Assembly: GCF_000737315.1 (NCBI RefSeq)
Contig: NZ_JMCB01000017.1
Coordinates: 62,001 to 126,000, forward strand
Length of the DNA: 64,000 nt
Direction: 5' to 3'
Source: Hyalangium minutum
GTDB taxonomy: Bacteria; Myxococcota; Myxococcia; Myxococcales; Myxococcaceae
In this document: one piece after another, positions 1 through 8,791 of the stretch
How positions within the stretch are numbered: the first letter of the stretch is position 1
Layout of the letters: each line of letters starts with the position of its first letter
Translations under genes and position numbers: made by a program
Notes under the pieces: generated by a model
What the model saw: only the letters and a program-made list of their open reading frames with translations
The model's database searches: none
What the model was told of the DNA's origin: nothing

Positions 1-158
1 CGCCCCGCGGTGCTCGGCCGAGGAGAGAAGTGTCCTCCGGAAGGGCCAGCGGCGGCGTCACCGCAGCCCAGGCTTCCGAGGCACAGCCCCCCCAGGAGCA
101 AGGAAAGAATCAGTCCGGTTGGCCTCCCTAACCTCAGCCACTGCTTGAGCTGGTGCAT
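1..158 (-). CDS. Predicted lipoprotein, 5' part only (runs off the left edge; absent from the ORF track)
   Basis: Manual translation from ATG at 158: MHQLKQWLRLGRPTGLILSLLLGGLCLGSLGCGDAAAGPSGG..., a basic n-region, hydrophobic h-region and lipobox SLGC, open to the window edge; GAGG/AGGGG upstream. Confidence 0.65.
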   Translation of the reverse strand, partial: MHQLKQWLRLGRPTGLILSLLLGGLCLGSLGCGDAAAGPSGGHFSPRPSTAG

Positions 159-231
159 ATGCGCCCCTGACCTCGTGTGAGACAGAAGCTGCCTGTCCGT
201 GAGAGCGGAACTGGGGCCTCTGTTCACAAGG

Positions 232-257
232 GAGGCTCCGGGCGCTCGGGCTATGCA
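232..257 (-). promoter_or_regulatory. Copy of TGCATAGC-N15-CTC motif upstream of the edge lipoprotein gene
   Basis: Minus strand reads TGCATAGC ccgagcGCCcggagc CTC; 73 nt upstream of ATG 158. Confidence 0.55.
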
Positions 258-280
258 CACTTTTTTGGCGAGGAGCACCG

Positions 281-3200
281 TCAAGGCGAGGGCTGGGCCT
301 GAGCCTCCAGCCCACGCAAGGGCCCAGCCTGGCCGGCGAGAATGAACGGCGCCCAGAAGTGCGGATGCGGCTGTGTCTGGCGCAGGGTCCGCATCGCCTG
401 GTGCAGCGCGGCGGAGCGGCCCTCTCCCGCCAGCAGATGCTGGTAGTAGAGCGCCATGAGCTGGTGGGTCACCGTGTCATCGACTTTCCAGAGGCTGGTG
501 ACCAGCGACTCGGCACCGGCCACCATCAGGGCCCGGCGCAGGCCGTAGACCCCCTGGCCGAGGCGCACCTCCCCCCGTCCCGTGTCGCAGGCCGACAGCA
601 CCACCAGCTGCGTGCCCCACAAGTCGAGCCCCGCCAGCTCCAGGGCTGTGACAAGGGAGTCCTCACGGGCAAGCGCCCTGGGCGGCCCCGGCGGGGCCCT
701 CGTGCCCGCGAGCACCAGTCCGGAGCGCAGCAAAGGATCGGCGAGGGGCTGCTGCGGTCCCGCGTCACCGGCGGCACCAAAGTAGCCCACGGCCCGGGTG
801 GAGCCTGAAGGGGTGGAATCCTCGAGAAAGAAGCCGTGGGTGGCGACGTGAAGGATCCCCGGCGGCTTCAGCGTCAACAGCGCCTCCTTGGTGGCGGCGG
901 GCCCCAGCAGGAGCCGCGCCTCGGGAAACAGGCGGTGAATGGTCTCGGCCTCCTTGCGTGTGCCGGGCAGCGAAGGCCAGGGCTGATCGCTCCCCTCCGA
1001 GCGCTGCGCGGAGAGGACACGCTCCACGGAGGCAGAGCGCTTCGTGAGGGCGGGCACCCCTCCGCTGTCCAGGGAGGGAGCAGCGAGAGCGGGGACAAAC
1101 TGAGGATCGGCCAGGACGACCACGGAGTTGGCAAGCGGCAGCTCCTCGGGACGCGGCAGCGCCTCCTTGCCCGAGGTGAGATAGGTGATGTCCATGCGCT
1201 CCACCAGGTAGCGGCGGCCGTCGTGGAGCGCGGCGAACGGGACGAGCGCGAGCTGGCCATCGGGTGAGACGAACAGTCGCTGCACCTTGCCGAGGTGTGG
1301 CGCGATGGGACGGAACACGCGCTGGTAGAGGACCTGGGCTGCGGCGGAAGCGTCCGCCGTCCGGCTCTCGAGCGCCTGATGCAAGCGCAGGACAGCGCGA
1401 TCGATGCGCTCCGCAGGGCCGAGATCCACCGCATGGGTGCGGCCATCCGCGAACAGCAGGAGCGCGAGGTAGCGCAGGGACGCAGGCGCCTGCGAGGCGA
1501 GCGCGCCACGCATGGGGATGAGCAGGCTGTCCCGGTAGGCGACGAACTCGACGAGCGCGCTCCCCCGTGGGAGGGCCTTGACCACACGAGGGATGATCTC
1601 CTCGGGAGACGGGAGCGAGGACAGGGCTCGCATCGGCGCCGAGCGCTTGGCGAGACCTGCCTCGAGGGCATCCCCCTCGTCGGCGAGCTGCTGGAGGCGA
1701 AGCTGATGGTCCGCCGGCGAGAGCGTGCCGGGGCCCGAGAGCGCCAGCGTGGAGAGCTGGGTCCGCACGGCGCGCAGGCTCTCGAAGGTCCTGCGATCCT
1801 CCTCCCCCAAGCCGCGGGAGATGAGGTGGGAGAGGTGGGTCAGCTCTTCCACCGAGCGGCCCTTCCGGAGGAGCGCGGCGGCGAGGGCGAGATGGCGCAC
1901 GCGGGGCTCCTCCGGATGCGCGCTGGCGAGCGCATAGAGCTCCTCCTCCTCTCCTCGCAGAAGGCCCAGGTAACGGGTCAGGCGCACCTCCGAGACGCCA
2001 AGGAGCTCGCGGCGCAGGAACACCTCGGAGGCGGTGAAGGCCCGCGCATAGAACGGCAGGGCTTCGGCAAGACGCTGCTGAGAGAGGGAGAACCGGGCGA
2101 GGTGAAGGAGTGTGGTGATGACCTGGGGATGGTGCTTGCCCAGGGTTTCCTCCCCTACCGCGAGCGCTCGCTCATACAGGGGCCTGGCCCTGTCGTGGAG
2201 CCCCTGGCGCTGATAGAGGAGGGCCAAGCTGGTGAGCGAGGCGGCCACGAGCATATGGCTCTGCCCCAGCGCGGCCTCCCGGAGGGCCAGTGCACGTGCG
2301 TAGAGCCTCTCGGCCTGCGCATAGAGCCCCTGGCACGCATAGAGGTTGCCGAGATCATTGAGCGACTCCGCCACGTCGGGATGACTCTGGCCCAGCGCCT
2401 CCTCCCGGATGGCCAAGGCGCGCTCATACAGCGGCTCGGCCCGGGCATAGAGCCCCTGCTCCTTGTAGAGGTTGGCGAGGTTGTTGAGCGAGACGGCCAC
2501 GACAGGATGGTGCTCGCCAAACACCGCCTCGCGGATGACGAGCGCACGCTCATGCAGCTGCTGGGCCCTGCTCGCGTTCCCCTGCCGCTGATAGAGGAGG
2601 GCCAGGTTGTTGAGCGTGGCCGCGACATGGGGATGCTGCTGGATCTGGGACTGCTCCCAGATGGCCAGGACGCGCTCATACAGGGGCTCGGCCCGGGAGT
2701 AGAGCCCCCGGTCATCGTAGAGGACGGCCAGGTTGTTGAGCGTGGCCGCGACATCCGGGTGGTTCTGGCCGAGGGCCGCTTCGCGAATGGCGATGGCTCG
2801 CTCGTAGAGCGGCTCCGCCCGGGCATAGAGCCCCTGCTCCCGATAGAGGTTGGCCAGGCTGTTGAGCGCGATGGCCAGATCGGCGTGGTCGCGGCCGCTC
2901 GCAGCCTCCCAGATGCGGATCGCCCGCTCGTACAGGGGCTCGGCCCGGGCGTAGAACCCCTGGTTCTTGTAGAGGTTGGCGAGGTTGGTGAGCGACGCGG
3001 AGACAGAGGGGTGCTTCTTGCCCAGAGCGCGCTCGCGGATGGCCAGCGCCCGCTCATGCAAGGGCTCGGCCCGGGCGTAGAGCCCCTGGTCATCCAGGAG
3101 GGTGGCGAGGTTGTTCAACGACATCGCGACATCGGGGTGATGCGTGCCCAGCGCCGCTTCGCGGATGGCCAGCGCACGCTCATACAGGGGCTGGGCCTGG

Positions 3201-3601
3201 GCCTGGAGACCCTGGACGAAGAAGAGCGAGGCGAGGTTGTTGAGTGTGGTGGCGACGTCGAGATGCTCCTTGCCGAGCACTTGCTCCCGAATCGCCAGCT
3301 CGCGCCGCATCAGCGGCTCGGCGCGGGCATAGGCACCCATCCGCCAATGAACCTCGCCGAGCAGGTGGAGGCAGTGGGACACCTCCAGATGTGTCCTGCC
3401 AAGGAGCTCCTCGCGCAGGTGCAACGCGCGCTCCGCGATCGGGACCGCCTCGGTGTAGCGCCCCTCATCCTTCAGCCGGACGCTCTCGTCGAAGGCGCGC
3501 TGGGCCTCCCTCCACCGCTCCTCCGTGGGAACCCTACCCCTCCCCGCGCACCCTGCCGCCCCCACCAGAATGAGCACTGCCGCCACAAGTCCTTGCCGCA
3601 T
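281..3601 (-). CDS. TPR-repeat CHAT-domain (caspase-like) protease, predicted lipoprotein
   Basis: Start moved to MRQGLVAAVLILVGAAGC (GGAGGGGAG RBS, lipobox AAGC); 11 x 42-aa TPR repeats; CHAT motifs LHVATHGFF (His) and VVLSACDTGRG (Cys), C-terminal HPHFWAPFIL. Confidence 0.93.
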   Translation of the reverse strand: MRQGLVAAVLILVGAAGCAGRGRVPTEERWREAQRAFDESVRLKDEGRYTEAVPIAERALHLREELLGRTHLEVSHCLHLLGEVHWRMGAYARAEPLMRRELAIREQVLGKEHLDVATTLNNLASLFFVQGLQAQAQPLYERALAIREAALGTHHPDVAMSLNNLATLLDDQGLYARAEPLHERALAIRERALGKKHPSVSASLTNLANLYKNQGFYARAEPLYERAIRIWEAASGRDHADLAIALNSLANLYREQGLYARAEPLYERAIAIREAALGQNHPDVAATLNNLAVLYDDRGLYSRAEPLYERVLAIWEQSQIQQHPHVAATLNNLALLYQRQGNASRAQQLHERALVIREAVFGEHHPVVAVSLNNLANLYKEQGLYARAEPLYERALAIREEALGQSHPDVAESLNDLGNLYACQGLYAQAERLYARALALREAALGQSHMLVAASLTSLALLYQRQGLHDRARPLYERALAVGEETLGKHHPQVITTLLHLARFSLSQQRLAEALPFYARAFTASEVFLRRELLGVSEVRLTRYLGLLRGEEEELYALASAHPEEPRVRHLALAAALLRKGRSVEELTHLSHLISRGLGEEDRRTFESLRAVRTQLSTLALSGPGTLSPADHQLRLQQLADEGDALEAGLAKRSAPMRALSSLPSPEEIIPRVVKALPRGSALVEFVAYRDSLLIPMRGALASQAPASLRYLALLLFADGRTHAVDLGPAERIDRAVLRLHQALESRTADASAAAQVLYQRVFRPIAPHLGKVQRLFVSPDGQLALVPFAALHDGRRYLVERMDITYLTSGKEALPRPEELPLANSVVVLADPQFVPALAAPSLDSGGVPALTKRSASVERVLSAQRSEGSDQPWPSLPGTRKEAETIHRLFPEARLLLGPAATKEALLTLKPPGILHVATHGFFLEDSTPSGSTRAVGYFGAAGDAGPQQPLADPLLRSGLVLAGTRAPPGPPRALAREDSLVTALELAGLDLWGTQLVVLSACDTGRGEVRLGQGVYGLRRALMVAGAESLVTSLWKVDDTVTHQLMALYYQHLLAGEGRSAALHQAMRTLRQTQPHPHFWAPFILAGQAGPLRGLEAQAQPSP
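2078..3463 (-). repeat. 11 tandem 126-bp coding repeats (42-aa TPR, kinesin-light-chain type)
   Basis: Consensus GLYARAEPLYERALAIREAALGxxHPDVAxSLNNLAxLYxxQ counted 11 times in the translation. Confidence 0.9.
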
Positions 3602-3640
3602 GCTCCCCTCCCGAATGGCTCTCTGCGAGAGCGACGAAGA

Positions 3641-3669
3641 GAGCCACGCGGCACGCCCGCTATGCAGAG
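3641..3669 (-). promoter_or_regulatory. Copy of TGCATAGC-N15-CTC motif upstream of the CHAT gene
   Basis: CTCTGCATAGCGGGcgTGCCgCGtGgCTC; 24/29 identical to the copy at 8690-8718; 39 nt upstream of ATG 3601. Confidence 0.6.
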
Positions 3670-3683
3670 ATTTCCCCTGCGCC

Positions 3684-3709
3684 TGCATAGCGCGGCCGCT
3701 CCCTGTCTC
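3684..3709 (+). promoter_or_regulatory. Back-to-back copy of the motif pointing antisense into the sigma gene
   Basis: TGCATAGC gcggccgctccctgt CTC; forms a 10-bp inverted repeat (3658-3667 / 3683-3692) with the minus-strand copy. Confidence 0.4.
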
Positions 3710-3733
3710 CATACAGTCGTGATGCCCCTACCC

Positions 3734-4609
3734 TCAGTGCCCTGCTTCGCCGCCCTCTTCCTGTCCCAGGATCTGGCTGAGGCTCACGTCGAACCGGCTC
3801 TGGATGGCGGTCATGAGGCTGTCGAACTCTTGAGAGGACAGGCGCAGCGTCTCTCGGAGGCGGTGCTTCGTCTCCTCATACACCCGCTGCCGCACATCCT
3901 TGAGCCAGCGGGAGATCGTCGACTGATCCTTGCCAAACAGCGGCCCCATCCGCGTCGTGGGCAGCCCCTCGAGAAAGTGCAGCCGCAGCAGGTAGCGCTG
4001 ATCGTCCGAAAGGGCGGCGAAGGCCGCGCGCACGGCCCGCCGGAACTCGTGGCGGTAGCGGCTCTTCACCAGCGCCAGCTCCGCGTCCGTTCCCAGCGTC
4101 GGCAGCTCCTCGAGCGCCGCAAGGCCCGCCTCCTCACTGACCGCCCGGACCGAGACGCCTTGCCGGATCGCCATGCGCACGGCGATGACCTTCATCCAGC
4201 TCAGCAGGGCTCCCCGCCCGGTGTACGAGGCAAGCCGGGGCGGCGCCTCGGGCGTGCTCAACAGCAGATGCATCCGGAGCTGCTGGCAGACCTCGTCCAG
4301 CGTCGTGTGGGAGAGCTTGAGGTAGCCCAACAACGCGGGAAGTCTCGCCATGTATTGGTGCTCGAAGAGCTCGCTGGCTCCGGGCACGCCGCTCACACAG
4401 GCGCACGCGAGATACAGGCCCTCGAGGTCCAGCTGCTCGATATGGACCGCGAGCGGTACATCCTCGGGAGCTTGGGTCAGCAGCCCGGTGAGGTGGAGGC
4501 TGAAAACCTCCGTGGGCAAGTCCACTTCTGGCCACTTGCGCCGCCCGGCCTCCCAGGCGCGCCGAATCAAACTCTCGAACGCTTCGTCATCCTGTGGCGG
4601 CTTTTCCAT
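3734..4609 (-). CDS. ECF-type sigma-70 factor with N-terminal extension (myxobacterial type)
   Basis: Region 2-like LLSWMKVIAVRMAI; region 4 LSDDQRYLLRLHFLEGLPTTRMGPLFGKDQSTISRWL; divergent from a zinc-finger kinase. Confidence 0.85.
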   Translation of the reverse strand: MEKPPQDDEAFESLIRRAWEAGRRKWPEVDLPTEVFSLHLTGLLTQAPEDVPLAVHIEQLDLEGLYLACACVSGVPGASELFEHQYMARLPALLGYLKLSHTTLDEVCQQLRMHLLLSTPEAPPRLASYTGRGALLSWMKVIAVRMAIRQGVSVRAVSEEAGLAALEELPTLGTDAELALVKSRYRHEFRRAVRAAFAALSDDQRYLLRLHFLEGLPTTRMGPLFGKDQSTISRWLKDVRQRVYEETKHRLRETLRLSSQEFDSLMTAIQSRFDVSLSQILGQEEGGEAGH

Positions 4610-4683
4610 CGCACCACCCTACCTCTCTTGTTCTCAGTCTACCGCCCTCCTTGACGGGTGGGCGGAGATTGGTGTCGTCTGTC

Positions 4684-7600
4684 ATGGCTCCCATGCTGCG
4701 TACCTCCGCGCTGGCTGAATCGCCCTGTCTCACGGACGAGCTCCTGGCAGGCTTGGTTGACGGCCAGCTGACGCTGGAGGAGCGGGAACGTGTCCATGCG
4801 CACGCGGCCCGGTGCAAGAGCTGCTGCGAGCTACTCGTCGCCGTTACTCGCGGGGGCCTGAGCCAAGAAGTCCTCCCAGTCTTCTCCTCCCAACCCGCCG
4901 AGCCTGCCGAGCCTGTCCCGGCTGACTGGACGCCCCCCGAGGAGTTCCACCAGTTCCGGCTGGTCCGGCCGCTCGGCCGCGGCGCCATGGGCATCGTTTA
5001 TCTGGCGCAGGATCGCACCCTGGACCGGCACGTCGCGGTGAAGTTCATCGCGGCGCCCTGGCCCGATGCCCGGGCCCGCGAGCGCTTCCAGACAGAGGCG
5101 CGCGCCATCGCCCGCCTGAACCACGTCCATGTCGTCACCGTGTTCAGCGCCAGCGAGATCGAGGGTCATCCGTACATCGTCTCCGAGTACCTCACCGGCT
5201 CCAGCCTCGCCCGCCTCGCCCTGCCGCTCCCCTGGCGGCGCGTGCTCGACCTGGGCATCGGACTCTCGCAGGGGCTCGCGGCGGCACATCGTCAAGGCGT
5301 GCTCCACCGCGACCTCAAGCCCGATAATCTCTTCCTGACCTCCGAGGGAGAGGTGAAGCTGCTCGACTTCGGCCTGGCCGAGCTCGTGGACTCCAGCGCG
5401 CGCGCGGAGTCCACCGGGGTGCGCACCCCCGCGGGGACACCGCGCTACATGGCCCCGGAGCTCTTCCGAGGAGAGCTGGCGACCCCCCAGAGCGACCTCT
5501 ATGCGCTCGGACTGATCCTCTACGAGCTCTGCACGGGCACGCTGCCCTCGCGGCACCGCTCCGGCCCGCCCGCCCCGGAAGAAGCGCCCCCGGCCCACAC
5601 GCTCCCGGAGCGCGTCCCAGGGCTCGCCCCGGAGTTCGCCGCCCTCATCGAGCGCTGCCTGCACGCTGACCCACAGGCGCGCTTTCCCTCGGCAGAGGCG
5701 CTCTGCGCCGAGCTCGAGCGGCTCGAGCCCCTCCACGCAGCAGCCACGCTCCCCACCGGCAATCCCTACCGGGGACTGGCCCCTTTCGAGGCCGAGCACC
5801 GCGAGCACTTCTTCGGCCGCGACGCCGACATCCGCGCCGTCATCGAGCGGCTGCGCCACCAGCCCGTCGTGCTCGTCACGGGAGACTCGGGGGTGGGCAA
5901 GTCCTCTCTCTGCCGGGCGGGCATCCTGCCGCGTGCGGCCCGCGGTGCGCTCGATGAGTTCCTCAACTTCTCCACCGTCACGCTGGAGCCCGGCCGCCGT
6001 CCGGTGGCGGCGCTGGCCGCGGCGCTCGCCCCCGTGCTGGGACTCCCGGAGGCGGAGCTTGGGACCCGGCTCAACGGAGAGCCGGACTGGCTGGGGCCCG
6101 CGCTCCGCGAGACGTGCCAGCAGGGACGCGGCCTGCTCCTCTTCGTCGATCAGCTCGAAGAACTCGTCACGCTCAGCGAGCCTGCTCAGGCGGCACGGTT
6201 CGCGAGCCTGCTGGGAGAGCTCGCCCTGCCCGCTCCCGGCGTGCATGTGCTCCTCGCGTCGCGCGGCGACTTCCTGACCCGCGTCGGCGCGCTGCCGAGC
6301 CTGGGAGATGCCGTCGAGCGCGCGCTCTACCTGCTTCGGCCCCTCTCCCCGGACGGAGTGCGCGAGGCCATCACCGGCCCCGCTCGTAGCCACGGCGTCG
6401 TCTTCGAGTCGGAGGCCCTCGTCCAGACTCTTGTCGAGGCCACGGCGCAAGGCTCGGGCAGCCTGCCGCTCCTTCAGTTCACCCTGGCGGAGCTCTGGGA
6501 GCGCCGCGACACGGAGAGGCACTGCATCACTCGAGCGGCGCTGGAGGGGATGGATGGAGTGGCCGGCGCGCTGTCACGGCATGCGGACGGCGTGCTCGCG
6601 CGCCTTGATCGGGCCGAGCAACAGGCCGCGCGGCGCCTGCTCGGCCACCTCATCACCCCAGAGGGCACCCGGAGCGCACGAACCGAGGAGGAGCTCACCA
6701 GCAGCTCGGCGGAGGCCCGGACCGCCCTGCGGGTGCTCATTGAAGGACGCCTGCTGCATGCACGGGGAGAGGCTGGCGGGGCAAGCTATGAGCTGACCCA
6801 CGAGGCTCTCATCGCGAGTTGGAGCACGTTGCGCCACTGGCTCGATGAGGACGCGGGCCTTCGCGCGCTCCGCCAACGGCTGGTCGAGGTAAGCGCGGAG
6901 TGGGAGCGCCTCCGCCATGCGGACGAGCTGCTCTGGAAGGCGCGGCAGCTCACCGAGGCCCGCGCGCTCGACGCCACCTTGTTGGGAGTGCGCGAGCGGT
7001 CCTTCCTGCGAGCGTCCCACCGCGCCGTGCGCCGCCAGAGCCTGCGCCGTGGACTCATCGCGCTCCTGCTCCTGCTCACCGTGGCTGGCTCCTATGGAGG
7101 GCTCCGCCTGCAGGAGCACTTGGCGGTCCAGCGCTTCGTCAGTGCACGCATGGAGCAGGCCCGTGTCTTGATGGCGGAGGGCCAGGCGCAGGGCCAGCGC
7201 TCCAGCACCAACCGGGAGCTGGCCCTCGCCTTGTTCGCGGGCAAGCCTCCGGGCCCTACCGCGGCCCAGGAAGCCCTGGATCCGCTGGGCCTTTGGCTGA
7301 GCGCCGAGGAGCACTGGGGCCAGGCGCTCGACGAGTACAGGCAAGCTGACTCCACGCTCAGCCAGGCCGAGCACAGCCTCGAGGAGGTGCTCGATCGCGG
7401 CCACGAGGAGCCCGAAGCGCTCCAACTCCTGCTGAAGATCCTCCTTGAGCACATCGCGCTGACAGAGCGCTTCCACCGTCCGGAGGAGCGTGCCCCGTTG
7501 CTGGACCGCTTCGAGAGGCTCGCTTCCAAGCACCCGGAGTCGAGCGCCCTGCTCCACGCACCGGCCACGCTCGAGCTCGAGACCGAGCCCCCGGGCGCGC

Positions 7601-8661
7601 ACGTCGAGCTGACGCGCTATGTGAACTCTCACGGGCTCCGGAAGGAAGCGCCCGTTGACGGCATCGAGCCCCTCTCCACCCACTCCGCCATCCGCCTGCC
7701 ACTCCCGGCCGGGGCTTATCACCTCCGCCTCACGCGAGAGGGCCACGCCCCCGTGGAGCTGCCCCTGCTGCTCGAGCGCGGCCAGCGGGAGCAGCTCCGC
7801 CTTCGCCTGCCCAGGGCGAGCGAGGTACCTGCGGGCTATGTCTACGTCCCCCCGGGCTGCTTCCTCATGGGCAGCAATGCACCAGAAGAGGAGCGCGAGT
7901 TCCTGCACAGCGCGCCGCTGCACCGGCGCTGCCTCTCCGAGGGATACCTCATCGGACGAACCGAGGTCACCCTGGGCGACTGGCTGCTCTATTTAAAGAC
8001 GCTGCGTCCGGAAGACGCGGCTCGGCGCCTCCTCGAGACCCCGCACCGGGATCAAGGCAACAGCGCCATCATGCTGCGGCACTTGCCGGAGGGCGGCTGG
8101 AGCTACTCCTTCTTCCTGGTGAACGGACAGGTGCTCGAAGCGCGCGAGGGCGAGCCCATCCGCTACCCGGGACGCAGACACCGCCAGGAGCAGGACTGGC
8201 GCCGCTTTCCCCTCTCGGGCGTCTCCGCCAGCCGCTTCGAGCCCTACCTCGCGTGGCTGTCGTCCTCCGGGCGCCTGCCGGGAGCGCGGCTGTGCGGTGA
8301 ACTCGAGTGGATGCGCGCGGCCAGCGGCGCGGATGATCGCAAGTATCCTCATGGCGACATCCTCCTGAATGACCACGGCAACTTCGATTTGACCTACGGC
8401 CGCCGGCCTGACGCCTTCGGGCCCGACGAGGCCGGCGCGCACCCGGCCTCCGTGAGCCCCTTCGGGCTGCACGACATGGCCGGCAACATCTTCGAGCTCG
8501 CCCGCGCCGAGACCCAGGACCTCGGCGAATATGTCCTCCTGGGAGGCGCCTGGTACTTCGAGCGCGTGAGCACCCTGATCGCCAATCGCCAGGCAGGGAC
8601 CCCCACGCTCCAAGACGCTCGCGTCGGCTTTCGCGTGTGCGCCTCCATGCCGGCTCCTTGA
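4684..8661 (+). CDS. Zinc-finger (ZAS-like) + Ser/Thr kinase + nSTAND-type NTPase + TM helix + FGE-sulfatase-domain protein
   Basis: HAARCKSC (HxxxCxxC); LGRGAMG, HRDLKPDN, DFGLA; NPYRGLAPF..FFGR, GDSGVGKS, LLFVDQLEE; TM LIALLLLLTVAG; YLIGRTEVT, SPFGLHDMAGN, GFRVC. Confidence 0.92.
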   Translation: MAPMLRTSALAESPCLTDELLAGLVDGQLTLEERERVHAHAARCKSCCELLVAVTRGGLSQEVLPVFSSQPAEPAEPVPADWTPPEEFHQFRLVRPLGRGAMGIVYLAQDRTLDRHVAVKFIAAPWPDARARERFQTEARAIARLNHVHVVTVFSASEIEGHPYIVSEYLTGSSLARLALPLPWRRVLDLGIGLSQGLAAAHRQGVLHRDLKPDNLFLTSEGEVKLLDFGLAELVDSSARAESTGVRTPAGTPRYMAPELFRGELATPQSDLYALGLILYELCTGTLPSRHRSGPPAPEEAPPAHTLPERVPGLAPEFAALIERCLHADPQARFPSAEALCAELERLEPLHAAATLPTGNPYRGLAPFEAEHREHFFGRDADIRAVIERLRHQPVVLVTGDSGVGKSSLCRAGILPRAARGALDEFLNFSTVTLEPGRRPVAALAAALAPVLGLPEAELGTRLNGEPDWLGPALRETCQQGRGLLLFVDQLEELVTLSEPAQAARFASLLGELALPAPGVHVLLASRGDFLTRVGALPSLGDAVERALYLLRPLSPDGVREAITGPARSHGVVFESEALVQTLVEATAQGSGSLPLLQFTLAELWERRDTERHCITRAALEGMDGVAGALSRHADGVLARLDRAEQQAARRLLGHLITPEGTRSARTEEELTSSSAEARTALRVLIEGRLLHARGEAGGASYELTHEALIASWSTLRHWLDEDAGLRALRQRLVEVSAEWERLRHADELLWKARQLTEARALDATLLGVRERSFLRASHRAVRRQSLRRGLIALLLLLTVAGSYGGLRLQEHLAVQRFVSARMEQARVLMAEGQAQGQRSSTNRELALALFAGKPPGPTAAQEALDPLGLWLSAEEHWGQALDEYRQADSTLSQAEHSLEEVLDRGHEEPEALQLLLKILLEHIALTERFHRPEERAPLLDRFERLASKHPESSALLHAPATLELETEPPGAHVELTRYVNSHGLRKEAPVDGIEPLSTHSAIRLPLPAGAYHLRLTREGHAPVELPLLLERGQREQLRLRLPRASEVPAGYVYVPPGCFLMGSNAPEEEREFLHSAPLHRRCLSEGYLIGRTEVTLGDWLLYLKTLRPEDAARRLLETPHRDQGNSAIMLRHLPEGGWSYSFFLVNGQVLEAREGEPIRYPGRRHRQEQDWRRFPLSGVSASRFEPYLAWLSSSGRLPGARLCGELEWMRAASGADDRKYPHGDILLNDHGNFDLTYGRRPDAFGPDEAGAHPASVSPFGLHDMAGNIFELARAETQDLGEYVLLGGAWYFERVSTLIANRQAGTPTLQDARVGFRVCASMPAP

Positions 8662-8689
8662 TGGCCTTCGCGCGGAGAAGCCGGAAGCG

Positions 8690-8718
8690 CTCTGCATAGC
8701 GGGACTGCCTCGCGCCTC
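8690..8718 (+). promoter_or_regulatory. Copy of TGCATAGC-N15-CTC motif upstream of the ADYC gene
   Basis: CTCTGCATAGCGGGacTGCCtCGcGcCTC; 73 nt upstream of ATG 8792. Confidence 0.6.
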
Positions 8719-8791
8719 CTCCAAGTGAACCCACAAGGTTCGAGGCCACTCTCCCAGGCAGCTCCACTCCTGCCGTCAGAAAGAGGTTCCC

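Noticed and set aside
2078-3463. Regular 126-bp periodicity as a possible CRISPR or non-coding array
   Set aside because: In-frame degenerate TPR coding repeats; no repeat-spacer structure and no cas genes.
281-4609. TPR-CHAT plus sigma as a type III-E CRISPR accessory (Csx29/CASP-sigma)
   Set aside because: No Cas7-11, csx30/31 or array in the window, and the CHAT protein has a lipoprotein signal. Kept only as an analogy.
1295-4654. 1119-aa plus-strand ORF, and similar long ORFs at 22843-26151, 26365-29580, 42631-45234 and elsewhere
   Set aside because: Antisense shadows of well-supported genes. High GC3 suppresses stop codons on the opposite strand, and the translations carry no family motifs.
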